Positions 44,392 through 58,796 of a stretch of 64,000 nucleotides of DNA are shown here, piece after piece (the stretch's first letter is position 1; each line of letters begins with the position of its first letter). A program made the translations under genes and the position numbers. The notes under the pieces are model-generated. The model was not told where the DNA came from, searched no databases, and saw nothing but the letters and a program-made list of their open reading frames with translations. Source of the stretch: Eledone cirrhosa (lineage: Eukaryota); NCBI GenBank assembly GCA_964016885.1, contig OZ024750.1, positions 44,392,001-44,456,000 on the forward strand. The letters are read 5' to 3'.

Positions 44392-45020
44392 ATAATTGTT
44401 TCTACTTTAGGCACAAGGCCAGCAGTGTGAGGACAGGGGAAAGTCGATTAAATCGAAGTCAGTGCATTGCTGGTGCTTTTATTTATCGACCCCGTAAGGA
44501 TGAAAGGCAAAGCTACCCTCGACGGGATTGGCATACGTCAAAACGGCTGGTCTCAAAAGTGAAACTAATTTTTGACAGTTATGTACACGTTATAAGAGTT
44601 ATTTAAATTTAGATATATAAAATAAAGGAGCAAATAAGAGCATGATATGAAGTCAGTCATGTGTGTGTGTATATATATGTGTGTGTGTAAACGAATGTAA
44701 AAGTACACACACATATACACTTATATATGCACACATACACACTATAATATATACACGTGTGTGTGTATATATGTGTGTGTGTGTAAAATTCTAGGAAACC
44801 TTATCTATGCCCTACATATATTCTTTTACATTCGTTTACACATACACACACACATATACACACACACATGACTGACTTCATATCATGCTCTTATTTGCTC
44901 CTTTATTTTATATATATAAATTTAAATAACTCTTATAACGTGTACATAACTGTCAAAAATTAGTTTCACTTTTGAGACCGACCGTTTTGATGTATGCCAC
45001 GGGATTTTAACTCAGAATGT
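44392..45020 (-). mobile_element. Family-1 SINE interrupted by a MITE
   Basis: SINE 3' part at 44392-44529; SINE sequence resumes at 44999 (ACGGGATTTTAACTCAGAATG). Confidence 0.8.
44530..44998. mobile_element. Non-autonomous DNA transposon (MITE/foldback), 469 bp, TIRs about 175 bp, 8-bp TSD
   Basis: Ends GGCATACGTCAAAACGG... and ...CCGTTTTGATGTATGCC. ACGGGATT is duplicated at 44522-44529 and 44999-45006. Confidence 0.9.
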
Positions 45021-45104
45021 TTCCACGTGTCATATGAAAGGTTGCTCTATCATAGGCATTGTTGTTCTGAACGCCCAATTGGACTATCATCATGTAGACC
45101 ATAC

Positions 45105-45752
45105 TAATAATTGTTTCTTCCTTTGGCACAAGGCCAGTAATTACCCTAGTACATTACTGGTACTTTATTTTATTGATCCCGTAAGGATGATAGGCAAAGT
45201 TAACCTCGACGGGATTTGAAGTCAGACCGTAAAGGGACGTAACTATACTAGAAGCATGGCGTCCATCCCTCTACCGATACTGCCAATTCACCGCCCTCAA
45301 ACCGTAGTAATATCTGTTTCTGCTTTTGGCACATAGCAGGCAATTAACCAGTGTATTACTGGTACTTTATTTTATCGATCCTGTAAGGATGAAAGGCAAA
45401 GTTAACCTCGGCGGGATTTGAACTCAGAATGGCAAGGGCCGTAAGTCTTTGGTGCAAAGCATGCCGTCCAACCCTCTACCGATACTGCCAATACACCGCC
45501 CTAATAGACACACACTAATAATTGTTTCTAGTTTAGGCACAAGGCCAGCAATTATCCAGTACATTACTGGTACTTTATTTTATCGACCCCGTTAGGATGA
45601 AAGGCAAAGTTAACCTCGGCGGGATTTGAACTCAGACTGTAAAGGGACGTAACTATGCTAGAAAGCATGGCGTCCAACCCTCTACCTATACTGACAACTA
45701 ATAATTGTTTCTACTTTAGGCACAAGGCCAGCAATTACCCAGTACATTACTG
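45105..45752 (-). mobile_element. Head-to-tail run of four family-1 SINE copies (last one partial)
   Basis: Copies at ~45105-45297, 45312-45503, 45518-45696 and 45700-45752. Confidence 0.88.
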
Positions 45753-46232
45753 CCAACTAATAATGAAAGGCATTAATGACCTAACCATACCATCTGTCAG
45801 TCGAACATAGTAAATTTAGGAAAATACTTTATGATTTGAGTGAAATTAAATTGCTATTTCTAGCAAGTTGAGCGATCGTGTAGAAACTCCATCATCCTCT
45901 CAGTGTTTTTTGTGTAAGTTTTTAATAACTAGAGCAACTGCGTAGAATCTCTCTCGACGGCTTATGTAAGAGAGCAAACAATATGGCATTGTTTGAGTGA
46001 GATTTGGTTGGTATTTCTAGCTAATACTGCGATCAAGTACGTACTTCGTTGATCACTTATGTTAGAAAGCATTTCAACCATGATGTCCACCTAGCTAACC
46101 ATATGACACGTGGCATGATTTAATTGGCTAATATCTTCCAACTAATGCAGTATCACTGTTTAATCCCCTTCCTTCTAAGAATGAGAAAGAAATCTCCAGA
46201 CTGACAGTTGCTACTAAGATGGCGCTGTTTAC

Positions 46233-46264
46233 ATCAGTTTTAGAGAATAAACTCCACGAAGAAA
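46233..46264 (-). CDS. Predicted microexon: FLRGVYSLKL(I), 32 nt
   Basis: atatatAG|TTTCTTCGTGGAGTTTATTCTCTAAAACTGAT|GTaaac; phase 0 to phase 2. Confidence 0.55.
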
Positions 46265-46399
46265 CTATATATATATATATATTATGAAATTCTGTTGGCT
46301 TCACGCTCACAATAATTTCTATACTTTCATTTATATATATATATATATATATCTTTTATTTTTCATTATACTTAAATGCAACCACACAACTCGCCATTT

Positions 46400-46460
<61 letters not shown>

Positions 46461-46565
46461 TAATAATAATAGTTCATGATTTAGTCACATAGCCACCAAT
46501 TTTGGGGGGGGAGGTGAACGTCAATTATAGACGGACACTAACAGATGCAGGCAGGGACAGGTGCA

Positions 46566-46628
<63 letters not shown>

Positions 46629-46711
46629 AGACACACGGAAACAAACATATCCAGAAAGTTATTAAGAGACATATATAGATACATATATATTAATTATTAT
46701 CATGGTTTGTA

Positions 46712-46846
46712 GCATAGAGTTACGGCCCTTTATAGTATGAGTTCAAATCCCACCGAGTTTAACTTTGCCTTTCAGCCTCGATAAAATAAAGTACCAGTAA
46801 TACACTGGTATAATTGCTGGCTTTTTGCCAAAAGTAGAAACAATTA
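46712..46846 (+). mobile_element. Family-1 SINE, 5'-truncated with a small internal deletion
   Basis: GAGTTCAAATCC...AACTTTGCCTTTCA...AAGTACCAGTAAT...AGTAGAAACAATT. Confidence 0.8.
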
Positions 46847-47127
46847 TTTATACTATTCAGGGCATAAGCGGCAATCTATTGTAATTTGGTCAAAACCCCC
46901 TAAAGGTCTGTAGTAATGGTGGACATGCTGGAACCGAACTATCGCTCAATATACCAAAATATGGAGGGATATATTGCTATGATTAAAACACATAGTCTCG
47001 CTGAGTAACAAAGTCGAGGCGGTATCACACTCGCGTTCCAGGACAAACGAATATGATACCAGATTCTAAAGGAAATATATACTCTACTCTCTAGTGCAAC
47101 ATATATTTAATATAATCCTTATATATG

Positions 47128-47178
<51 letters not shown>

Positions 47179-47193
47179 GTATATTTATATATT

Positions 47194-47410
<217 letters not shown>

Positions 47411-48139
47411 ATATTTACTCTTTTACGCTTTTACTTGTTCCAGCCATATCAATGATATTAATAAATGGAAACTGTATTTCGACGGCTTGAGCTCTGCCGT
47501 CGGGGTCAAACATTTTCATATATATATATATAAGCATATATATACATACTTATACATATAGCTATAAACACAATACATATTTATGTATATAGTTTACGTG
47601 TGTATATATAACAGTGAATTGATGTGTATATAAATAGGAAAGTATTTGTTATATAGTGTGAAAGTTTTCTCTAGTGAGTTTATCTACGCATTTCTGTAAA
47701 CTTACCTACATATCCACTAACGCATACACTCATATATGTAAAGGGAAAAAACACGCACATACATGCCTTTGCATACATATATAAGCATACGTTGTAATTT
47801 GTAGATACACACACACACATACACACACCACACACATATATATATATATATATATCAATTTGCGTTACGTGACCTCCTGTGAAAGATTATAGATGGAACA
47901 TTATAGAAAACCAATTATATTTAAGACTACTTTACATTTATCATACTGTCATATCTTACATAGATAGATAGATACATAGATAGATAGAGATAGAGAGAGA
48001 GAGAGGGGGAGCAAGAGAGAGAGAAAGAGAGAAATATAGATATATAGATGAGTAGATAGATAGTTAGATAGATAGAGTTTATAGATAGGTAGACAGACAG
48101 ATACATTGACAGATAGATAAATTGATAGATAGATAAATT

Positions 48140-48178
<39 letters not shown>

Positions 48179-48723
48179 GAATATATAGTTAGGTAAGTAG
48201 ACAGAAACATTGAGAGAGAGAGAGTACAAGAGAGAGTGAGAGAGAGAGAGTGAGAGAGAGACACATACACAGAGTGAGATAGAGACAGAGAGAGACAGAG
48301 TTTGAAAGAGACAGAGAGATATGAAGTGAGAGGGGGAGATAATTAGGTAAATATTTGAAGCAATAAATATATATTGCAAAATATTACTAAACAATATAAA
48401 ACATTTAAAGAAATTGATACATATTAAAAGCAAAAACAACAAAAGTAAAAACTACACTAGGTATAAAAACAACAACAATAACAACAATAACAACAATAAC
48501 AACAATGAAGGAATGAGTCAAAATAAATGATATTGTTATATTGATATATTTTTCAGAATGAGCAGCATGTCGAGAGAATTGGGAAGATTACAACAAAAGA
48601 TGAGTGACGATATATATACACACACGCATATGTATGTATATATATATATATACGTGTGTGTGTGTGTTTGTGTATATATATATTTATATATGTTTATACA
48701 TACATATATATATATATGTGTGG

Positions 48724-48767
<44 letters not shown>

Positions 48768-48869
48768 GTGTGTGTGTCTGTGTGCGTGTGTTTGGGGTAT
48801 ATATATATACATATACATCCATACATATATATGTTTATATGTTGATATATGTTTATACATACATATATA

Positions 48870-48914
<45 letters not shown>

Positions 48915-48985
48915 GTGTGTGTGTCTGTGTGCGTGTGTTTTGGGGTATATATATATACATATACATCCATACATATATATGTGTG

Positions 48986-49057
<72 letters not shown>

Positions 49058-49093
49058 AATATACGTTTCTGTTTTGAAAAACTTGCGTCTTAC

Positions 49094-49164
49094 ACGGCAA
49101 AGCGACAAATGAAAGATTGTAAGGTGTTTTAAGATATATATAACAATCACATATGGAAACTCCC
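49094..49164 (-). CDS. Predicted exon: (G)[23 protein letters not shown], 71 nt
   Basis: atattttcatcAG|GGGAGTTTCC...TTTGCCGT|GTaaga; phase 1 to phase 0. Confidence 0.5.
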
Positions 49165-49269
49165 CTGATGAAAATATATTGGTTAATACAAAGATGCCGT
49201 CCATTTATTCCAAATAATGTCATCTTTTATGTATACATACATATATTATATATATATATATATACACAC

Positions 49270-49300
<31 letters not shown>

Positions 49301-49302
49301 AA

Positions 49303-49368
<66 letters not shown>

Positions 49369-49426
49369 TACTCATATTTATTTTCCATAATATATCATAT
49401 TAACTGTGACTAGGAAAGCTGATAAC

Positions 49427-49461
49427 CTATAAAATGCAGCATATAAGAACACGTCGCTTCA
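49427..49461 (-). CDS. Predicted microexon: EATCSYMLHFI(G), 35 nt
   Basis: tttctttactggccccctttTAG|TGAAGCGACG...TTTATAG|GTtatc. Strong acceptor, weak donor; phase 2 to phase 1. Confidence 0.45.
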
Positions 49462-49726
49462 CTAAAAGGGGGCCAGTAAAGAAATATAAATATCTACATA
49501 TATATATATATATTGTTTTATATATATTATTATATATATATTGTTATATATATATTATTATATATATATTGTTATATATATATATTGTTATCTTTGGGAG
49601 GGTCATATTGTTATAATATTGCCAGAAAAAAAATATATATAAACATTTATATTGGCAAGCTGATATATTAAACAGTTCAAGAGGCACTTGTAGACATTAG
49701 ACATTAATACATTTAGTATATGTCAC

Positions 49727-49743
49727 ATGATTACAGTACATAT
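49727..49743 (-). CDS. Tentative microexon: ICTVI(I), 17 nt
   Basis: aaacttcttAG|ATATGTACTGTAATCAT|GTgaca. Chosen largely because it bridges phase 0 to phase 2, so support is low. Confidence 0.25.
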
Positions 49744-49789
49744 CTAAGAAGTTTAATTGCACTTAGAGATCTATGAATATAATATTTGT

Positions 49790-50050
49790 GGAGGTTTAGT
49801 GGTGAGGGTGTTGGAATTACGATCATAATGTCAGGGAGTCAATTTCTGCACAGGGTTGTGTGTTTCGATCTTGAGCAAAACACTTCATTTCCCGTTGCTC
49901 CAGTATACTTAACAATAACTAGGGTGTTAACCCTGCGATGGACTGGCGTCCTGTCCAGGGGCGCTGTGCGTTTTGTACTCTCACTCGCTTCACACCAGAG
50001 AAACCGGGATAAGCCTCTGCCACATGAAACACCGGACTCGAGACAGGTCT
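49790..50050 (+). mobile_element. Decayed SINE related to family 2 with a V-SINE-like central motif
   Basis: CTTGAGCAAAACACTTCATTTCCCGTTGCTCCAG followed by ACCCTGCGATGGACTGGCGTCCTGTCCAGGGG. Confidence 0.65.
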
Positions 50051-50361
50051 AAAACTTATTAATATATACTAGCAGAAGTACCACCCTTGGGCGGTTTTCT
50101 TCTAGCATATGTAGTGTGCATATATGAAAATATATTTGCATATAGTTAAGATATGTAAATTGACAACATGCATATAAATTAAACAAAGACTGTGTTACAC
50201 TTTCTCTGTAATCAGTAAAGTAATTCATGATACATTAAAAAAAGTCGTTAACCCTAACGGAAGCTGACATTTGAAAGTTTTGATATTGAAATAAACAATA
50301 CCTTATATATAATATTATTTATGTTACATCAAGAGCTAAGAAATTTAGTAGATAAATTACA

Positions 50362-50764
50362 TAATTGTTTCTACTTTAGGCACAAGGCCAGCAATTACCC
50401 AGTACATTACTGGTACTTTATTTTATCGACCCCGTAAGGATGAAAGGCAAAGTTAACCTCGGCGGGATTTGAACTCAGAATGTAAAGGGACGTAACTATG
50501 CTAGATAAATTACATAATATTCATTCATGATTTATTGAATGTAATCCAACTTATTTTAATAACGGGATGTAAAATAATTATTTCTACTTTAGGCACAAGG
50601 CCAGCAATTACCCATTGCATTACTGGTACTTTATGTTATCGACTCCATAAGGATGAAAGGCAAACTCAGCCTCGGCGGGATTTGAACTCAGATCGTAAAG
50701 GGACGTAACTATGCTGGAAAGCATGGCGTCCGACCCTCGACCGATACTTACAATCTACCGCCCT
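50362..50764 (-). mobile_element. Two family-1 SINE copies (50362-50503 truncated, 50576-50764 full length)
   Basis: Reverse complement of the family-1 core and tail. Confidence 0.88.
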
Positions 50765-50886
50765 ATGTAAAATAATAAACTGGACACAGTCTCGCATTTC
50801 TCGATTCATTATATCGCCGAGGTTAACTTTGTACTGGGGAAATTTCTGGCCTTGTGCCAAAAGTAGAAACAATTATATATATATAT

Positions 50887-51172
50887 ATGTGAAGTAATTC
50901 CGTCGGAAAAGTCCAGGAAAAAAGAGTGCTCTATGTAGGTAACAGAGCTGAATAGTTATGTAATAAATAACATAAGGCAATTATTCCATTTACCAGTGGT
51001 TTCTTAAAAGCAAATATTTTTTGAAAGCAAAATTTTGAAAGCAAAATCTTTTGCTTTTAAGAAACCACTGGTAAATAGAATAATTGCCTTATGTTGTTTA
51101 ATACATAACTATTAAGCTCTGTTACCTACATAGAGCACTCTTTTTTCCTGGACTTTTCCGACGGAATTACTT

Positions 51173-51175
<3 letters not shown>
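50887..51175. mobile_element. Foldback palindrome of about 290 bp between (TA)n tracts
   Basis: GTGAAGTAATTCCGTCGGAAAAGTCCAGG...TTAAAAGCAAA arm of about 127 bp and its near-perfect reverse complement. Confidence 0.85.
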
Positions 51176-51245
<70 letters not shown>

Positions 51246-51472
51246 ATATATATATATATATATATTCATTTAAGTTCACTTAAATCTGCTCCCATACAAA
51301 CAAGTTTACCCGATCGATTTTTAAGTCTCTTATCGGGTTACTTCCTTGATAATAGGACTTTAGACCCGAAAATATTTGGGGTGGTTAAATTTGCTATGGT
51401 AAGATTCTTTAGTTATCTTGGCAATTTAACATTCTCCTTACGCATTGTATTGTGCTTCAAATTTCAAATTTG

Positions 51473-51516
<44 letters not shown>

Positions 51517-51658
51517 GTATGTCCCGGGTTGAGTCGGGGATAACCACAGTAAGTAAGGTACTCAATACATGGCAGAGTAAAATATATTTATTGTATAGAA
51601 GGAGCTTCTACAGGACTAGTACTGTTTCATTCATACACATATGTATACAAACACACAG

Positions 51659-51690
<32 letters not shown>

Positions 51691-52056
51691 TTATATATAT
51701 ATATTTAATGTACTTAACAATATAGTGTCACCCAAAATATACAGCATAGTCAAAAATACATAAAATAGCAAACAATCGTATTTCACTTTCTCAACAAAGA
51801 GACAAATGTTTTTCTGTTATCTGAAACAGTAATTTAAGGTTAATGGAATCATGCGTGGATTTTCGAAACTTTGCTCCGTCATGTCTAAATATTCACTGAA
51901 CCAGAATAATTTTCTCTTCATAGCAGGAGATACAAAGAATTAAGGTTCATCTCAGTTCATATGTCTATTAATCGGGAGTAGAAATAATAAAACAACCCCC
52001 CCCCCCCCCCGACTAAAACAGAGCACTGCGCATGCGCAAAATAGTTACATCCTTAC

Positions 52057-52107
52057 CAGCCCATCAATATTTATTCTATCTCTTCCGACGAAAGCTCGAG
52101 GATCCAT
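52057..52107 (-). CDS. Predicted exon: MDPRAFVGRDRINIDGL, 51 nt, possibly the first coding exon
   Basis: ttccattcgtttctaacaAG|ATGGATCC...GGGCTG|GTaagg. Strong donor; only phase 0 is stop-free. Its link to the downstream exons is tentative. Confidence 0.5.
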
Positions 52108-52365
52108 CTTGTTAGAAACGAATGGAACATTTTATGTTAGGTCCGTTGAACTTGGGCGGACTGTGTTAGACAAGGATAATTAAAGGCAGAAGATAGACAT
52201 TCTTTCTGAGAGTGTTGATTAGATAGATACCAGTAATTGAATGGTGTTTTATTTCATTGACCCCGGAAGGGAGAAAGTGAAAGTTGATTTGGCAGGTTTG
52301 AACTCAGCAATAAATCATATAAAACATTACAGTCGACTTTCTAACGTTTCTGCCAAACACTAATA

Positions 52366-53821
52366 TCACCCACCACCACCACTACCACCACAACCACGCC
52401 ACCACCACTACCACCACTACCACCACCACCACCATCAACACCACCACCAACACCACCACCACCACCACCACCAACACCACCACCCCACCACCACTACCAC
52501 CACTACCACCACCACCACCACTACCACCACCACCTCCACCACCAACACTACCGCCACCACCACCACCACCACCACCACCACCACCACCACCATCACCACC
52601 ACCACCAGTACCACCACCACCTCCACCACCAACACCACCACCACCACCACCACCACCACCACCACCACCACCACCACCACCACCACCACCACCATCACCA
52701 CTACCACCACCAACACCACCACCAATACTACCCCATACACTGACCTGCTGTTAAATAGTAACAACAATATAAACAACAACAACATTAATATCAACAGAAA
52801 CATCGACGCCGTTGACCACGCCCCCTTTTCTAGGTGACTAACATCACTACCATTCTAATGGTGCCCCACTGGCTTTATTGTAACTCCTCTGACCACCACC
52901 ACCACCAACAACACTACCACCAACACTACCACCAACACTACCACCACCACAACCACCAACACTACCACCAACACTACCACCAACACTACCACCACAACCA
53001 CTACCACCAACACTACCACCAACACTACCACCAACATTACCACCAACACTACCACCAACTCTACCACTATCACCAACACTACGACCAACACAACCACCAA
53101 CTCTACCACCAACACTACCACCAACACCACCACCTCCACCGCTCCCAATACTACCACCACAACCACTTCCACCAACACTCCCACCGACACTATCACCAAC
53201 ACTACCACCACCACTCCCACCACCACTACCACCAACACTACCACCGACACCTCCACCACCACCAACAATACCACCAACACTACCACCAACACTACCACCA
53301 ACACTACCACCAAAACCACCAACACTAACACCAACACTAACACCACCAACACTACCACCAACACTACCACCAACACTACCACCAACAATACCACCAACAC
53401 TACCACCACAATCACCAACACTACCACCAACACTACCACCAACACTACCACCAACAATACCACCAACACTACCACCACAACCACTACCACCAACACTACC
53501 ACCACCACCAACAATACCACCAACACTACCACCAACACTACCACCACAACCACTACCACCAACACTACCACCACCTCCTCCACCAGCACCTCCACCACCA
53601 TCAACAATACCACCAACACTACCACCAACACTACCACCGACACTACCACCAACACTACAACCACTACGACGACCACCATCAACACCTACATCACCAACAC
53701 TACTATGTCATCTTATCACCCCTACACCCTCCACTACCAACACCACACCAATATCCCGCATACCTTGGTGACGTTGAACTCTGCCACCACGGACACCTCC
53801 CACTACCATCGACATCCAAAA

Positions 53822-53856
<35 letters not shown>

Positions 53857-54779
53857 ATACTACTACTACTACTATAATCAACGTGACCACCACCTTCAAC
53901 TACCACGATTACTACAACGACCTTCTATACTTCTCCAAACACCACACCACCACACCACACAACCACCATCACACCACACCACCACCACCACCACCACACC
54001 ACCATCACCACCAGCACTACCACCTATCACTACCACAACCACACCACCACCTCCACCACCGCCACCACCACACCACCACCACTGCCACCTACCACTACCA
54101 CCACCATACCACCACCATCACCAGCACCAACACCATAACAACCACAACCACCACAACCACTACCACAACCACTACCACCACCATCACCTACCACTACCCC
54201 TACCACTACCACAACCACTACCACAATAACTACCACCATCACCTACCACTACCACTACCACAACCACTACCACAAACACTACCACCACCACCACCTACCA
54301 CAACCACTACCACAACCACAACTACTACCACTACCACCTACCACTACCACCACCACACCACCACCATCACCACCACCTACCACAACCATTACCACAACCA
54401 CTACCACAACCACAACCATCACCACTACCACCTACCACTACCATCAGCAATACCACCACCTACCACAACCACTACCACTACCACTACCACCTACCACTAC
54501 CACCACCACACAACCACCATCACCACCACCACCTACCACAACCACTACCACAACCACTACCACTACAACCTACCACTACCACCACCAGACCACCACCATC
54601 ACCACCACCACCACCTACCACTACCACTACCACAACCACTACCACAACCACTAACACTACCACTACTACAACCTAAACACACACGACATATACAGCTGCA
54701 CTATCCTGCAAAGTCAAATCAGAATTTTAAATAAAACGATAATAATATTAACAACAACAACAACAGTAGCAACAACAAT

Positions 54780-54813
<34 letters not shown>

Positions 54814-54829
54814 TCAGGAGCAACAACAA

Positions 54830-54868
<39 letters not shown>

Positions 54869-55049
54869 TACCAACAGCAATAGCAGTAACAACAACAACG
54901 ACGACAACGGCAACAACACTATCAACAACAACAACACCAACAACCACAACAACACCACCACCAACAACAACACCACCACCAACAACAACTCCAACAACAA
55001 CAAAAACAACAACACCAACAACAACAACAACACCACCACCAACAACACC

Positions 55050-55081
<32 letters not shown>

Positions 55082-55122
55082 CAATATCAACAACAATAGC
55101 AGTAACAACAACAAACAAAAAC
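52366..55122. repeat. (CAC)n/(CACTACCACCAA)n/(CAA)n low-complexity region
   Basis: Direct inspection; source of the poly-V/H/T ORFs. Confidence 0.95.
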
Positions 55123-55149
55123 AAATACCTATTATTCGACCTTGTGTTT

Positions 55150-56062
55150 TAGTTGTTTTGGTTAATGTATCTGTTAGTGTTGTTATTATTGTTGTTGTGG
55201 TTGTTTGTTATTGTTGTTGGTGCTGTTGTAGTTGTTGTTATGGTTGGTGTCGTTGTTGTTGTGGTTGTTGTGGTTGCTGTTGTTGTTGTGGTTGGTGTTG
55301 GGGTGGTTGTTGTTGTTGTAGTTGTTGTTATGGTTGGTGTCGTTGTTGTTGTGGTTGTTGTGGTTGCTGTTGTTGTTGTGGTTGGTGTTGGGGTGGTTGT
55401 TGTTGTTGTAGTTGTTGTTATGGTTGGTGTCGTTGTTGTTGTGGTTGTTGTGGTTGCTGTTGTTGTTGTGGTTGTTGTTATGGTTGTCGTTGTTGTTGTG
55501 GTTGTTGTGGTTGCTGTTGTTGTTGTGGTTGGTGTTATGGTTGTCGTCGTTGTTGTGGTTGGTGTTGGGGTGGTTGTTGTTGTTGTGATTGTTGTTTGTT
55601 GTGGTGGTTGCGGTTGTTGTTGTTGTTGTTGTTGGTGTTGTCGTTGTTGTTGCTATTGTTGTTGTCGTTGTTATTGTTGTTGGTGTTGTCGGTGTTGTCG
55701 GTGTTGTTGATGTTGTTTGTTATTGTTGGTGCTGTTGTTGTTGGTTTTGTCGGTGTTGTTATCGTTGTTGTTATGTCTGTCGTTGTTGTTGTTGTGGTTG
55801 CTGTTGTTGTTGTGGTTGGTGTTGGGGTAGTTGTTGCTGTTGTGGTTGTTGTTGTTGTGGTTGTTGTGGTTGTTGTTGTTGTTGTGGTTGGTGTTGGGGT
55901 GGTTGTTGTTGTTGGTGGTGGTGGTGTTGTTGTTGGTATTTTTGTTGTCGTTGTTATCTTTGTTGGTGTTGTCGGTGGTGTTGTTGTTTTCGTTGTTGTG
56001 GTTGTTGTTGATGTTGTTGGTGTTGTTGGCGTTGTTGGTGTTGTTGTGGTTGTCGTTGTTTG
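55150..56062. repeat. (GTT/GGT)n low-complexity tract containing a 90-bp secondary repeat
   Basis: GTAGTTGTTGTTATGGTTGGTGTCG recurs at 55228, 55318 and 55408. Confidence 0.93.
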
Positions 56063-56182
56063 TCAAGGGTTGGTGTTGACATTTCACCTTATTATCAAGT
56101 AGAGAGAAAGAAGGACACAGAATAAAATTATATATATATATATATACATATACATACATATAATGAAAATATATAATATAAA

Positions 56183-56243
<61 letters not shown>

Positions 56244-56254
56244 TGAAAATATAT

Positions 56255-56330
<76 letters not shown>

Positions 56331-56339
56331 TATATATAT

Positions 56340-56412
<73 letters not shown>

Positions 56413-56838
56413 TGTATAATAAATCTTATTCAGGGAAGAAATAAAAATAAAAACAAATAGAAAATAGTGAAAACAAATAAAAATGAAAGGAAAGAGGGAA
56501 AGTGGGAAAAAACAAATCTATCCAACCATTTTTTAGCGCCGAAGTAAACATGGAGACATAGAGACAATGGAGAAGGTTTGTCAGGCCATGTCACGTGGAT
56601 TGAACATGTCATTGTTTGGTTGGTCAATACAATCTTTTATTTATGTATTTATGTATTTGATTATTTGTTTATTTGGTTGTTTGTTTGTTTGGTTGTTGGT
56701 TTGTTTATTTATGTATTTCTATATTCCTTAATTTTTTTTTTTTTCATTCTGGTTCTTGTTGTTAATTGGTAAGTTCCACCTCTCGTGAACCTTCAGCCTT
56801 ATCTGTCTGTCTGGTTTTCAGTATGTCTGTCTCACTTC

Positions 56839-56949
<111 letters not shown>

Positions 56950-56975
56950 TCATATATATATATTTATATATATAC

Positions 56976-57013
<38 letters not shown>

Positions 57014-57092
57014 TATATATATACATACATATACAAATATATATCTATACCTAAACGAACTAAAAATATTTATATATGTATGTATGTTTGTC

Positions 57093-57124
<32 letters not shown>

Positions 57125-57233
57125 TGTATGTATGTATGTATGTATATATGTATCTATGTATGTATGTATTTATGTATGAATGTATGTTTATATCTATTTA
57201 TGTATTATGTATCTATGCAGCTATCCATGCGTG

Positions 57234-57281
<48 letters not shown>

Positions 57282-57284
57282 CGA

Positions 57285-57565
57285 CAGGAGGTTCCAAACT
57301 TGTGCCTCGTGACACCTTAAAGTGTCGTCCATAATCTGTGTGCGTCAGAAAATTAACTCAAATCTGATCAATATTTTACGAACATTTGGCTGTGAAGTAT
57401 GTTTGAGATTTGACATCTTGGCGTATAATTAGACACGTGACTACTAACACGTGATATGATGTTTAATTGTTTATTTGTATGTTTCGTTAATTTCATGTCG
57501 CTAAAAATTCTAAATCGAAATCTTGCAAATATTCTTTTTCTTTGTGCAAAAATTGCGACCCGCGT
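57285..57565. mobile_element. Possible hAT-like DNA transposon relic
   Basis: Starts CAGGAGGTTCCAAACTTG, resembling the CAGGGGTTCCCAAACT ends of Charlie-type hAT elements. No matching right TIR seen. Confidence 0.3.
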
Positions 57566-57601
57566 ATCTATCTATCTATATATGTATTTATCTATCTAAT
57601 T

Positions 57602-57791
<190 letters not shown>

Positions 57792-58329
57792 ATAAATTCG
57801 TTTTCAAATTAAAAACTGGAAAAATGTAGGTGAAGAGGTTATTTCTGGCCAAAATAGAATAATTTATTATAAAAAACTGAAGACACAGGTACATACAATT
57901 TAAAACAAAAAATATATGAACTCCTAATATTCTAGCGATTTTTTATATATATATATATATATTTAGTAATAATAATAAATGAGAAGACTAAAATCCAAAG
58001 AGGACTCGATAAGGATAAATATATATCAAATATATAAGAACCCTAGAGCAAATATTTATTAAAATAACAGATTAAATTTTAAGCAAAGAATCGCTGATTT
58101 CACCCTTAACGGGATCTTCTGATATGAGTTTCAGAAGATCCCGTTAAGGGTGAAAGCAGCGATTCTATATATTTATATATATATATATAAAAAAAGATGA
58201 AATCGAAAATGCAAGTGGAGTCTTATTTTTAAAAAAATATATATATATATTTGGTTCCTTTACCGGTTTCGCAGTTCATCTGCTTTTCAAAAGTAGAGTT
58301 GAGATGGAGGGTCTGTGGTTTTTCTCACA

Positions 58330-58360
<31 letters not shown>

Positions 58361-58586
58361 AAGGTTTACGTATATGTGTTTTGCAACGGGTCAGTTTGTG
58401 GCTCAATGAAGAGTTAGTAAATTAAACAATCAGAGCTATATATCATAAAACATATCTATTTTATCTGGTGATTCTATAGACATGTTTTATGATATATATA
58501 TATATATTTATATAAATATATATATATTTATATATACATATATATATACATATAAATATATATATATATATATATATATTTAAATG

Positions 58587-58618
<32 letters not shown>

Positions 58619-58749
58619 TATACCAAGATATTAATAAATGGAAACTATATTTATAAAACCATATTTATTTTATTATATATATTTCAAGGATTTGTTCTAT
58701 AAATAACGACATACCCATGGAAATCAACCTTAACGGTCGGAAATTCGCT

Positions 58750-58796
<47 letters not shown>

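Noticed and set aside
47695-47720. Consensus minus-strand donor AG|GTAAGT
   Set aside because: No credible acceptor upstream, and an 11-nt exon here would break the frame of the chain.
48557-48603. Possible plus-strand exon (ttttcAG|AATGAGCAGC...GATGA|GTgacg)
   Set aside because: Isolated, with no compatible plus-strand partners found.
51290-51830. Alternative minus-strand exon candidates at ~51310-51357, 51442-51454 and 51786-51819
   Set aside because: Weak acceptors or phases incompatible with the 52057 exon; cannot be resolved without transcripts.
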